From positions 1-35,261 of the forward strand of contig JBBRSP010000043.1 of the NCBI GenBank assembly GCA_038245295.1: DNA of 35,261 nucleotides. The letters run 5' to 3'. Below, one piece after another: positions 1-8,976 of this stretch. The notes under the pieces were generated by a model. It worked only from the letters and a program-made list of their open reading frames with translations. It did not search any database and had not been told where the DNA came from. Numbering within the stretch: position 1 is the first letter of the stretch; the number at the start of each line of letters is the position of its first letter. Both the position numbers and the translations under genes were made by a program. The stretch is from Candidatus Binatia bacterium. Lineage in GTDB: Bacteria; Desulfobacterota; Binatia; HRBIN30.

Positions 1-134
1 GAGGCTGTCTCAAAACATAGGCTCACCCTTCGACGGGCTCAGGGCGAGCGGACAAAATGTCTTTGAAAATCAACCAAGCACCCGCTCAGGCTGAGCCTGT
101 CGAAGCCGGCTCCGCAAGGTTTTGAGACAGCCTC
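1..134. mobile_element. MITE-like element with perfect 16-bp TIRs carrying an inverted REP-like doublet
   Basis: GAGGCTGTCTCAAAAC (1-16) is the exact reverse complement of GTTTTGAGACAGCCTC (119-134). Internal palindromic units lie at 21-51 and about 82-106. No ORF. Confidence 0.8.
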
Positions 135-144
135 TAAAGCCCTC

Positions 145-214
145 TAAAGCCTGCGCCTACCGGTTTCGATTCCACCTGCATATTCAGCGTGGTAGGCGCA
201 GGCTTCAGCCTGCG
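145..214. repeat. GTAG-type REP pair, left copy truncated at its TAAA loop
   Basis: TAAAGCCTGCGCCTAC (145-160) is inverted to GTAGGCGCAGGCTTCAGCCTGCG (192-214). CCTCTAAAGC is tandemly duplicated at 131-150. Confidence 0.7.
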
Positions 215-307
215 GCCGCTCAGTTAAAAGCCCCGAGACCGCCTCAAAGTCTAAATGTTCAGCCCGAATGAACGGCCGTACCCGTCAAAGGCACGGCTTG
301 GGTCCAT

Positions 308-3235
308 ATGGACACGACGGGTGCGCGCCGACGCTTGGTTTTCCTTCTGGCTGTCGCCTTCCTCTGGCTCAGTGTCGGGGCCTTGCCGGCTCTGGCAGCT
401 ACCAACCCGATCCTTTTCATTACCCAGGTGCCGCGTGGTGCCGATATCGGCAACCCCACCCATGTCACGTCGTCGTTCGGTAGCCACCTGGGCTCGACGG
501 CGGCGGCCGGGCGCGGTGGCGATCTCTACATCCGTTACACCAGTGGCACGCTGAAGAATCTGACCGCCACGGCCGGTTTTGGCAGCACCGACCCGACGGG
601 ATTCCAGGGCGTCACCGCGATCGCCGTACGTGACCCCTCGGTCTACTGGGACGGCTCCAAAGCCCTCTTCAGCATGGTCGTCGGCGCGCCGGCAATGGCC
701 GGTGTCGGTCCCACCTACTTCTGGCAGATCTACGAAGTTACCGGCCTGGCGCAAAACCAGACCCCGGTGATCACCAAGGTCGCGCACCAGCCGCTCAACG
801 CCAACAACGTCGGCCCGACCTACGGCAGCGACGATCGAGTGATCTTTACCTCCGACCTGCCACGCGATGGCGTCTCGACCCACCTCTATCCGCAGTTCGA
901 CGAATACGAAGCCGTCGCAACCAACACCGGCGTCTGGAGCCTGGATGCCGTCGCGGGTGATCTCAAGCTGCTCAATCATGCTCCGTCGGGCGATTTCACG
1001 CCGTTCGTCGACAGCTTTGGGCGCATCATCGTGACGCAGTGGGACCATCTGCAGCGCGACCAACTCGCCGACAACGATTCGGGCGGCGGCATCACCATCG
1101 AGTGCAACAAGGGGACGTTCTATGGAACATTCAACTACGACACGGAAGCGGTCAACTCGCCCTTCAATCTGAGCGACCGCAGCGAGATCTTCCCCGAGCC
1201 ACGCGTCTGCCGCGTCGACCTTCTCAATGGCACCGTTCTCACCGGCAACCTGTTCGATCGATTCTTCCCTTGGGCTCTGAATCAAGACGGCACGGGCGGC
1301 GAGGTTGTCAACCACCTCGGTCGCCACGAGCTCAACTCGCAGGTGCCGGCTAGTCGCAACGACGACACCAACATCGCCACGTACAATGGCCAGTTCGCGC
1401 GCTTCAATACGAGCTCGATCGGTAGCATGTTCCAGATCAAAGAGGATCCGACGCAGGCCGGCCGCTACTACGGCGTCGATGCGTTGGAGTTCAACGTGCA
1501 CACCGCCGGCCAGGTGTTTCGCCTGTCGGCGCCGCCGGGAACCGATGCCGACCACATCGCGGTAAACTACATGACTCATCGCGACACCTTCGGCACGGCC
1601 AACACCGCCAACAACAGCGGCCACTACCGTGACCCTCTACCACTCGCCGACGGCACGTTGATCGCCGCGCATACCAGCACCATCCCCTTCGAGGCACCGA
1701 ACGCTACGCCGCAAACCTCGACGTATGCCTTCCGCCTCAAAACCCTGTCGATCAGCGGCAACGGCTTCTTCGTCGCCGGATCGACTCTCACGTCGGGCAT
1801 CAGCAAGACGCTGAGCTACTACGATGGCAACAACCTGGTTTCGTATTCCGGAACCATGTGGGAGCTGAATCCCGTCGAAGTGCGCGCCCGCACGCGACCG
1901 ACGCCGGCTGCGACGCCTCTACCGCAGCCCGAGCAGTCGATCTTCGACAGCGTCGGTGTGTCGGTGAGCGCCCTGCAGGCCTACATGGTCCAGAACAATC
2001 TGGCGTTGGCGGTATCGCGCAACGTGACGACGCGTGATGATTTCGACAAGCAGCAGCCATACAACCTGCACGTGCCGGGTGGCGTCACGACGACCGGTGC
2101 CAGCGGCACGATCTATGACATCAGCTCGCTGCAGTTCTACCAGGGGGATCAGCGGCGTGGCATGACCCTGGGTGGTCCGACGCCGGTTCCTGGCCGACGC
2201 GTCCTGGCGACGCGCCTGCACGACGCTGCCGCACTGGCGGTTACGCCACCCAACAATCTCGCCCAGGGGAGCGTCGTGCTCGGTAGCGATGGTTCAATGG
2301 CGGCCTTCGTGCCGGCGCGCCGCGCCATGACCTGGCAGCTCAATGACCCGAACGGCACCGGCGTCGTGCGTGAACGTTTCTGGGTGACCTTCCAGCCCGG
2401 TGAGGTGCGTGTGTGCACTTCGTGCCACGGCATCAACCAGTTCGATCAAGCCGGCCAGACCGCGCCGACCAATCCTCCTCAGGCCTTGGCAACGCTGTTG
2501 CAATTCTGGAAGTCGGTCGCCGTGCCGACGGCGAGTCCGACATCAACCGGAACGTCGACACCGACAGCCTCGGCACCTACCGCGACGCCCACGCCCGCCG
2601 CTGTGCCGGCAACCGCAACCTCTACCGCGAGTGCTACCACGTCGCTGGCGTCACCGACGCCGACCCTATTGCCCACCGCAACAGCTAGTCCCACGATGCC
2701 GAACGCCAGCCCCACCGTTACGCCGCCCGCGACCGCGACGCCGCCCCCGTGGTCGTGTACGTCTGGCATCGGCATCAGCAGCGCTCACGTAGGAATGCGC
2801 GGCGCACCGCCGTCGCTGCGCCTACGTGGGCGCGCCGTCATCCCCAAGCCGTGGATCGGTATCAATCCGCTGCTCAACGGAATCCGTGTGCGCCTCGATA
2901 GCGCCGGCGGCGGTACCGACGACTTGATCGTCGGCGGTGGCGTTAGATGGAAGGTCAATGTGGCGGGCACGCGGTGGACCTATCGCGATCCGAACGCGAC
3001 GCAGAGCGGCGTGACGCGCCTCGTCGTGCGCGATCGTTCCGACGTGCAGAGTGGGGAGATCCGATTCTCGTTGAGTGCGCGCGGCGTAACCGGCGTGAGC
3101 CTGCCGCTGCCACCGTCGGTGCGTACGTCGATCCTGCTTGGCGCGGCGAACGAGTGCGCCACACTGTTGTGGGGTGATCCGGGCACGGCGCGTCCGCGCT
3201 GCGACGTCAAGCCGCAGCGTCTGATGTGCCGCTGA
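308..3235 (+). CDS. Secreted hydrazine synthase alpha-subunit-like (HzsA-related) protein with c-type heme motif, Pro/Thr linker and C-terminal beta domain
   Basis: 975 aa with a signal peptide ending ALA-A. Beta-propeller-like repeats (VRDPSVYWDGSKALFSM, PTYGSDDRVIFTSD, GHYRDPLPLADG). Segment DGSMAAFVPARRAMTWQL...ERFWVTFQPGEVRVCTSCHG carries CxxCH at 2414-2428. PT-rich linker at about 2520-2750. Confidence 0.75.
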   Translation: MDTTGARRRLVFLLAVAFLWLSVGALPALAATNPILFITQVPRGADIGNPTHVTSSFGSHLGSTAAAGRGGDLYIRYTSGTLKNLTATAGFGSTDPTGFQGVTAIAVRDPSVYWDGSKALFSMVVGAPAMAGVGPTYFWQIYEVTGLAQNQTPVITKVAHQPLNANNVGPTYGSDDRVIFTSDLPRDGVSTHLYPQFDEYEAVATNTGVWSLDAVAGDLKLLNHAPSGDFTPFVDSFGRIIVTQWDHLQRDQLADNDSGGGITIECNKGTFYGTFNYDTEAVNSPFNLSDRSEIFPEPRVCRVDLLNGTVLTGNLFDRFFPWALNQDGTGGEVVNHLGRHELNSQVPASRNDDTNIATYNGQFARFNTSSIGSMFQIKEDPTQAGRYYGVDALEFNVHTAGQVFRLSAPPGTDADHIAVNYMTHRDTFGTANTANNSGHYRDPLPLADGTLIAAHTSTIPFEAPNATPQTSTYAFRLKTLSISGNGFFVAGSTLTSGISKTLSYYDGNNLVSYSGTMWELNPVEVRARTRPTPAATPLPQPEQSIFDSVGVSVSALQAYMVQNNLALAVSRNVTTRDDFDKQQPYNLHVPGGVTTTGASGTIYDISSLQFYQGDQRRGMTLGGPTPVPGRRVLATRLHDAAALAVTPPNNLAQGSVVLGSDGSMAAFVPARRAMTWQLNDPNGTGVVRERFWVTFQPGEVRVCTSCHGINQFDQAGQTAPTNPPQALATLLQFWKSVAVPTASPTSTGTSTPTASAPTATPTPAAVPATATSTASATTSLASPTPTLLPTATASPTMPNASPTVTPPATATPPPWSCTSGIGISSAHVGMRGAPPSLRLRGRAVIPKPWIGINPLLNGIRVRLDSAGGGTDDLIVGGGVRWKVNVAGTRWTYRDPNATQSGVTRLVVRDRSDVQSGEIRFSLSARGVTGVSLPLPPSVRTSILLGAANECATLLWGDPGTARPRCDVKPQRLMCR

Positions 3236-3327
3236 TTCGTCCGCTGTGGTGGTCCTGGGTAACAAACGTTCCGAATCTTGTCGGCGCGCGAATAGTTTCT
3301 AGGTGCCGTATCTTGTCACCCAGACAT

Positions 3328-3703
3328 GTCATCCCGGCGAAAGAGTGTGTCGATTTACTCGGAAACCATATTTCAAACCGAGCAGACCCATCCGTCATAC
3401 CGGCGAAAGAGACTGTCGATAAACTGGAATGAAGCAACGTCATCCCGGCGAAAGCCGGGATCTCCTCGAGTGGAAGGCCACAAATGCTGGGGAGATACCG
3501 GCTTTCGCCGGTATGACGGAGGTGTTTGCGCAGGTTCAAACGATGAATCAGAGAAAATCGACAGTCTCGAAAGACGGGATCTCGCCGGCCGGAATCGCAG
3601 AAATGCTAGAGAGATAGGGGCTTTCGCCGCTATGACGGGGGTGTTTGCGCTGTTTCAAACGATGGATCAGCGAAAATCGACAGTCTCTTTCGCCCGAATG
3701 ACG
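3328..3703. mobile_element. Nested MITE / CGTC-type REP composite
   Basis: REP units of the CGTCATCCCGGCGAAAGCCGGGATCTC type at 3438-3464, 3492-3518 and 3611-3637, plus split halves. TIR-like 12-mers GAG(A/T)(C/G)TGTCGAT at 3343 and 3409 and ATCGACAGTCTC at 3557 and 3676. The inner element 3409-3568 is flanked by GAAA on both sides. Confidence 0.85.
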
Positions 3704-3751
3704 GAGGTAGGGCTGGTTGGCCGGATAAAGTCGTCGCGACCTACGTCGCCT

Positions 3752-6142
3752 TCACTGCGCCGCCAGCTCACGCCGTGCCACCGGGTCGTTGGGATCGAGG
3801 CGCAGCGCTTCCTGGAAGTGTTTCGTAGCCTCGTCGAGTTTGCCTTGCGCGCGCAACAGCAGTCCCAGCTGCGCGTGTGCCGCCGCATAATCCGGCTTCA
3901 GGCGTATTGCTTCGCCGTAGTGACCGATCGCCTCGGCAGCACGGTCATGCTCGGCCAGCACCATGGCCATATTGAAATGAGCTTCGGCATAACCCGGCTC
4001 GATCTGCAGCGCCGCTTGATAGTGCGACAGGCTGTCGTCGACACGCCCTAGCGTAGCGAACACGTTGGCTAGGTTGTTCTGATTGCTGGCGCTATTCGGA
4101 TCGAGGCGCACGCTCTCGGTGAACGGGCCCACGGCATCCTCGAACTTGCCCTGCGCGGCAAGCGCGTTGCCGAGATTGCTCTGCGTGTTGGCATCGCCCG
4201 GGTTGAGTTTGACCGCCGCCGCGAAGTGCTCGGCGGCCTCGGCGAAACGTCCCCGCTCGGCGAGAAATATCCCGAAATTACTCTGCGCCTGCTCGTATGC
4301 GGGGCGCAAACGTACAGCCGCTTCATAGTGACGCTGCGCTTCGGCATCTTGCCCCTGGCCGACAAGCGCGTTGGCCAGATTGTTGTGCGCCTCCGGGTTC
4401 TCCGGGCGCAGACGTAACGCCGTCGTGTAGTGGGTGATCGCTTCGGCAATGCGCCCTTGCTCGGCCAGCGCCCGGCCGTAGCCGGTATGGGCTTCGGCGT
4501 TGTCAGGGTTGGCGCGTAACGCGGAGCTGTACTGCGTCATCGCCTCGGCGTAGCGCTTCTCCCCCATCATCATGTTGCCCAGATTCACCAGAGCGAAGCC
4601 TTCGTCGGGAGCGACGCTCAGCGCCATCTCGTAGTGCGCCTTCGCTTCGTCGGTGTCGCCGCGCTCCGCCAACAACTGCGCCAGACTGGCGTGGGCGTTG
4701 GCATAACCCGGCTTGAGGCGCAGCGCGGCGTTGAAGCGGGTGATCGCGTCATCGCCGCGACCGGCCTGAGCGTAGGCAAGGCCGAGCACATACTGGATGA
4801 CGAAGTTGTCATCGCTGGTAACCGCGAGTGTGCGCTCGAATAGTGTCACGCCATTCTGCCAATACCCAAGCTGGATACGGGCGACGACCGTCAACGCAAG
4901 CAAGGCGGCTCCACCCAGCACCGCGGCGATCGTTTGCTGGCGGCGTGTCGCGATCAACTCGCTCGCTCCCCAGGCAACAATAACGAAGATCCCCAGCAAC
5001 GAGACATAGGTGAAGCGATCGGCCATGGCGTATTCACCGGTACGCACCAGACCGCTGACCGGCAGGAGCGACACGACAAACCACAGCCAACCAGCGGTGA
5101 CGTAAGGGCGTCGTCGTGCCAGCCCCAGCGCCGCCGCGGTGATGGCGACAAGGAGCAGCGCCGCCAGGCTGCTGCGCCACACCGGCACGTCGTACTGTGG
5201 ATAGAGGACAGCCAGGCCACTCGGCCAGACCATCTTCACCAGGTAGAGCACGTAGGCCTCGCAGGCCATGGCGGCGCGGCCGGCGAGCACGCCGAGGCCG
5301 ATCGTCGGACCGTCGTCGAGGTGATGCCCACTGGCCATCGCAATGAAGGCCGGCGGCACGGCGAGTACCAGGAACGGAACCTTCTCGAGAAGCAGACGCC
5401 GTGGGGGCATGCCTTCGAAACGATTGAGTGGCCAGAGGTCGATCGCCAGCAGCAAGATCGGCATGGTCATCAGCATCGGCTTGGCCATCATACCGAGAAC
5501 AAACAGCAGCAGAGTAAGGGCATATCGTTGGCCTGTCGGTTGGGCGGCATAAGCACCATAGGCCCACAACGTCAGCAACAGGAACAACGTACTCAGCGTA
5601 TCTTTGCGCTCGATGATCCACGCCACCGATTCGACGTGTAGGGGATGCACGGCAAACAGCGCCGCAACAAAGGCACTCGGCCAACGTCGGCCTGTGGCGC
5701 GGCGTAGGAGCTCGAACATGACGACGGTGCTGGCGGCATGCAGAAGGACGTTGGTTACATGATAGCCACCGGCGTCAGGGCCGTAGAACGTCGAGTCGAA
5801 CATGAACGACAGCCAAAGGACGGGCATCCAGAAACTACCGAGGAGAGTGGTGAAGGCCCACTTGATACTGTCGAGCGTCAGGCCGGCACGCACCGGGGCG
5901 TTGGAGTGGACGTACTCCATGTCGTCGAGCTGAATGAAGTCGAAGCCGTGCGCCGGCCAGTACAGAATCAACGTAACCACAGCGAGGGCAACAGCGATTT
6001 CCAGGTCGCGTCTTGACCCCGTTGTGGACAGGTGTGCCGGCGGCGGCACGGGATCGGCCACCGGCGAGCGCGGCGGTGGCGATGACTGCGGCGCGCGCGT
6101 TGCCTGGCTCGGATTTGATCGACGACGACTTTGGCGGCCCAT
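3752..6142 (-). CDS. TMTC-like membrane glycosyltransferase (GT-C fold) with C-terminal TPR repeats
   Basis: N-terminal multi-TM domain (FIQLDDMEYV, HPLHVESVAWIIERKD, MADRFTY) followed by about 10 TPRs (ALRLKPGYANAH and similar). Start placed at ATG 6142, which overlaps the upstream stop as TGATG. Confidence 0.85.
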   Translation of the reverse strand: MGRQSRRRSNPSQATRAPQSSPPPRSPVADPVPPPAHLSTTGSRRDLEIAVALAVVTLILYWPAHGFDFIQLDDMEYVHSNAPVRAGLTLDSIKWAFTTLLGSFWMPVLWLSFMFDSTFYGPDAGGYHVTNVLLHAASTVVMFELLRRATGRRWPSAFVAALFAVHPLHVESVAWIIERKDTLSTLFLLLTLWAYGAYAAQPTGQRYALTLLLFVLGMMAKPMLMTMPILLLAIDLWPLNRFEGMPPRRLLLEKVPFLVLAVPPAFIAMASGHHLDDGPTIGLGVLAGRAAMACEAYVLYLVKMVWPSGLAVLYPQYDVPVWRSSLAALLLVAITAAALGLARRRPYVTAGWLWFVVSLLPVSGLVRTGEYAMADRFTYVSLLGIFVIVAWGASELIATRRQQTIAAVLGGAALLALTVVARIQLGYWQNGVTLFERTLAVTSDDNFVIQYVLGLAYAQAGRGDDAITRFNAALRLKPGYANAHASLAQLLAERGDTDEAKAHYEMALSVAPDEGFALVNLGNMMMGEKRYAEAMTQYSSALRANPDNAEAHTGYGRALAEQGRIAEAITHYTTALRLRPENPEAHNNLANALVGQGQDAEAQRHYEAAVRLRPAYEQAQSNFGIFLAERGRFAEAAEHFAAAVKLNPGDANTQSNLGNALAAQGKFEDAVGPFTESVRLDPNSASNQNNLANVFATLGRVDDSLSHYQAALQIEPGYAEAHFNMAMVLAEHDRAAEAIGHYGEAIRLKPDYAAAHAQLGLLLRAQGKLDEATKHFQEALRLDPNDPVARRELAAQ

Positions 6143-6381
6143 CAGTGCATCTTCCAGAAGTGCCAATTCGCAAGATCTTCGTCGTACATCCAGGGGAGCG
6201 TGTACAATCCTTCCAGACGACGGAACTCGTAACCACGCTGCCGCATCGTCCGGAATACCTGGTCAGTCGCCTCACCTTTGGAACGCGTCGCGGTCAGCTC
6301 AACGATGACGTGACGCGGATCGCAGCGCTGCCAGAATCCGTCTTGTCCCACCAGAAACGGTCGCTCCAGCGATGGGATCAT
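6142..6381 (-). pseudogene. Short translationally coupled ORF, probable internally deleted FkbM-like methyltransferase remnant
   Basis: 79 aa. ATGA overlap with the GT9 stop and TGATG overlap with the TPR gene start. PRHVIVEL...VFRTMRQRGYEFRRL resembles FkbM C-termini, but no SAM-binding motif is present. Confidence 0.45.
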
Positions 6382-7487
6382 GACGCGGCGGCCGGCTGGC
6401 GGTCGAGAAAGCCATACATGGCGTCAACGACATCTTGCACGCCGAGCTCGCGCATACAGGCATAGTCGAGATTGGCGGCGCACCGCAGTGGCCGGCTCGA
6501 GTAGTAGAAACACGGCATGCAGGGCAGGTCGCGGCGCACGATATGATGCGGCGCCGCCCATGGATGCAACCGCTTCCAGCTGGTCGGGCCGAACAGAGCG
6601 ATCACCGGCACACCGAGGGCGCCTGCCAGATGCATGATCGCCGAATCGTTGCTGACGAAGAGGCGACAGTGCCGCAAGATGCCCAAGGCAACACGCAGGT
6701 TCGCCTCTTCAACCAGGGTCACTCGCTCACCGGCATGTTTCAGGATGTGCTCGTTGATGGGGCCGTCGGACGGTCCGGAGAAGATCAGGAAGCGGGCTTG
6801 AGGATGGGTTTCACCAACTTGCCGAATCAGCGCAACGAACTTGTCCTTGTCCCAGCACTTGCGGCTCATGTTCTTGAACGTGCTGCTGTAGGTGTGCAGA
6901 CCAATCAGCGGCGAGCTGTCTGCCAAGCCGCGGGCCGCGAGGAAGCGATCGGCGTATTCCAAATCGGTTGGCGGGAGGTGGACGCGCAGCCTGGTGTCGA
7001 TGTCCGGCACCTCAACTCCGAGGTGCGCACAAATCGCCTCCGCGAGGGCCAGATTCTCTTCGACATTATGGCGCTCGCCGGTTTCATGGACGGCGATGTT
7101 GTTGAGAAAGGAGAGGTTGCGCCGGCTCTGGTGTGCGTAGTGATGCCCGGCGCGCCAATGACGACCGACGAGCGCATTGAGGATATTGTATTCAAGACGG
7201 TTGGCGGGAAATCCAAGAACACTGAGGTCGAAGCGCTCGCGCCGCAGTTGCCAGATGTAGCGCAGGCTCGAGAGGACACCGGCATGGAAGAAGTCGAAGC
7301 AGCTCACGTCATCGATATCGGGATTGGTCGCGAGTAGGTCGGCCGAGCCGCGGAACATCGTGACGGCCGTGATACGTGCGGCGGGGAAGGCGCGGCGCAG
7401 GAGCGCCAGCGACGGCGTGAACAAGATCGCATCGCCAATCCCCGGCAAGCAGAAGACAACGATGCGTTGCGGCAAAGATGCGGGCAC
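6378..7487 (-). CDS. Glycosyltransferase family 9 (ADP-heptose:LPS heptosyltransferase-like)
   Basis: GIGDAILFTP, KCWDKDKF and LFVSNDSAIMHLAGALGVPVIALFGPT motifs, with C-terminal PCMPC...CM. Confidence 0.9.
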   Translation of the reverse strand: MPASLPQRIVVFCLPGIGDAILFTPSLALLRRAFPAARITAVTMFRGSADLLATNPDIDDVSCFDFFHAGVLSSLRYIWQLRRERFDLSVLGFPANRLEYNILNALVGRHWRAGHHYAHQSRRNLSFLNNIAVHETGERHNVEENLALAEAICAHLGVEVPDIDTRLRVHLPPTDLEYADRFLAARGLADSSPLIGLHTYSSTFKNMSRKCWDKDKFVALIRQVGETHPQARFLIFSGPSDGPINEHILKHAGERVTLVEEANLRVALGILRHCRLFVSNDSAIMHLAGALGVPVIALFGPTSWKRLHPWAAPHHIVRRDLPCMPCFYYSSRPLRCAANLDYACMRELGVQDVVDAMYGFLDRQPAAAS

Positions 7488-7576
7488 TGGCGTCGGGTCC
7501 TACCTTGAACCGGTCCAGCCCAGCAAGCCGAGCCCATGTTGCGGTCGTGGGCCCTTTGATTCCCAAGGGTAGGCAG

Positions 7577-7826
7577 CGTCATCCCGGTGAAAGCCGGGAT
7601 CTCCCCGTGCTGGAAGCCTCGAAAGCTGGCGAGATACCGGCTTTCGCCGGTATGACGGATAGGTCTGCTCGGTTTCAAATATGGTTTCCCAGTAAATCGA
7701 CACACTCGAAAGCCGCGATCTCCTCGGCCGGAATCGCAGGAATGTTGGGGAGATTCGGGCTTTTGCCGGAATGACGCAGGTGTTTGTATGCCTTCAAACG
7801 TGCGATCAGAGAAAATCGGTAGTCAC
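7577..7826. mobile_element. Second nested MITE / CGTC-REP composite, partially deleted
   Basis: REPs at 7577-7603, 7631-7657 and 7750-7776. TIR ATCGACACACTC (7696-7707) is followed by GAAA and a REP right half. 7661-7707 is nearly the reverse complement of 3343-3389. A degenerate TIR sits at 7815-7826. Confidence 0.8.
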
Positions 7827-8007
7827 GACGAATACGAATTCTCGCCGCCTCGGTTTTCAAATGGACCCACTGCCCATGTTGCACAAGCGGTGTCATCGTC
7901 GCACAACGCGGCCACGAGGTGAGCATGATTGGCGTCTGTGGCGCTTGGACAAGCACATATCTGATTGGCCTGGCGGCGATGGCCGTCGTTTTCTGGCCGG
8001 GGGCGCA

Positions 8008-8883
8008 ATGAGCGTCTCGCCGACGCAACCACGCGACGTGTTCGTGCACGCCAATCGCCTGCGCCTGCATCTGCTCGAATGGGGCAGTGGCGACCGCGTG
8101 ATCCTCTGCGTTCACGGCTTCCTCGAGCATGCCCATGTGTGGGACTTCGCGGCGCCGCTGCTGGTGGCGCAGGGTTATCGTGTCTACGCCCTCGATTGGC
8201 GCGGTCACGGCGATTCCGATTGGGTCGGCGCCGGCGGCTACTACCACTTCCTCGACTACGTCGCCGATCTCGCGGCGTTGGTGCCTCAGCTCGGCGAGCA
8301 GGTCATCTTGCTGGCGCATTCGATGGGGGGTGGCGCCGCGGTTCTCTATGCGGGGACAGAGCCACAGCGTGTCGCGGCGTTGATATCTATCGAAGGTCTG
8401 GGTGTGCCGGACACCGATGCGGACTTGGCGCCGCAGCGCGTCGTGAATTGGATCGAAGACTTGCGTAAGGTCGAAAAGCGCCGCCGCGGCAGCGTCGACA
8501 TCGAGGTCGCCGCGACGCGTATGTGTGAGCGTTGGCCGGGGCTTCCCGCCGCCATGGCGCGCCACATCGTGATGCACGGCACGCGCGCCGAAGGCGAGCA
8601 ACGATTCTGGAAGTTCGACCCGCTGCATCAGACGCAGGCGCCGCTGCCGACGCCCGTGTCACATGCGCGCGCCTTCTGGCCACGCGTCCAATGCCCGCTG
8701 CTGTACATTGCCGGCGGCAACAGCCTGCTGGCACCGCGTTACGGCGACATCGAAGAGCGCTTGACGGCGCTGCGAGCTCAGTATCTGACGATGGCGGGGG
8801 TGGCCCATCATGCACATCTCGAGCAGCCGGAAGAGCTGGCGCAGGCTGTCGTCGAGTTTCTGCGACCCATGGGTCCTGCATGA
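8008..8883 (+). CDS. Alpha/beta fold hydrolase
   Basis: HGFLEH, DWRGHGDS, nucleophile elbow AHSMGG and C-terminal HHAHLEQPE. Start moved to ATG 8008 because the longer ORF runs into repeat DNA. Confidence 0.9.
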   Translation: MSVSPTQPRDVFVHANRLRLHLLEWGSGDRVILCVHGFLEHAHVWDFAAPLLVAQGYRVYALDWRGHGDSDWVGAGGYYHFLDYVADLAALVPQLGEQVILLAHSMGGGAAVLYAGTEPQRVAALISIEGLGVPDTDADLAPQRVVNWIEDLRKVEKRRRGSVDIEVAATRMCERWPGLPAAMARHIVMHGTRAEGEQRFWKFDPLHQTQAPLPTPVSHARAFWPRVQCPLLYIAGGNSLLAPRYGDIEERLTALRAQYLTMAGVAHHAHLEQPEELAQAVVEFLRPMGPA

Positions 8884-8976
8884 CCCACAGGTATGAGCCC
8901 TCATATTGACCCAGCCGCGCCACCCAGCGATGATCCGCCGATTCGTAAAATTTCAGCGCGGCCGTAGGAGGTTCCA

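Noticed and set aside
251..1624. 457-aa minus-strand ORF and the many similar overlapping ORFs (e.g. 8953-10236, 15504-16577, 29993-30997)
   Set aside because: Antisense shadows of well-supported genes in high-GC DNA, with no family motifs.
308..3235. True anammox hydrazine synthase (hzsA)
   Set aside because: Only one CxxCH, an extra linker and C-terminal domain, and no hzsB/hzsC nearby.
3328..3703. CRISPR array
   Set aside because: The repeats alternate in orientation, are split by TIRs, and the spacers resemble each other. No cas genes are present.
3207..4051. ORFs with repeated EIPAFAGMT peptides (also 7304-7774)
   Set aside because: These are translations of the CGTC REP sequence, not proteins.
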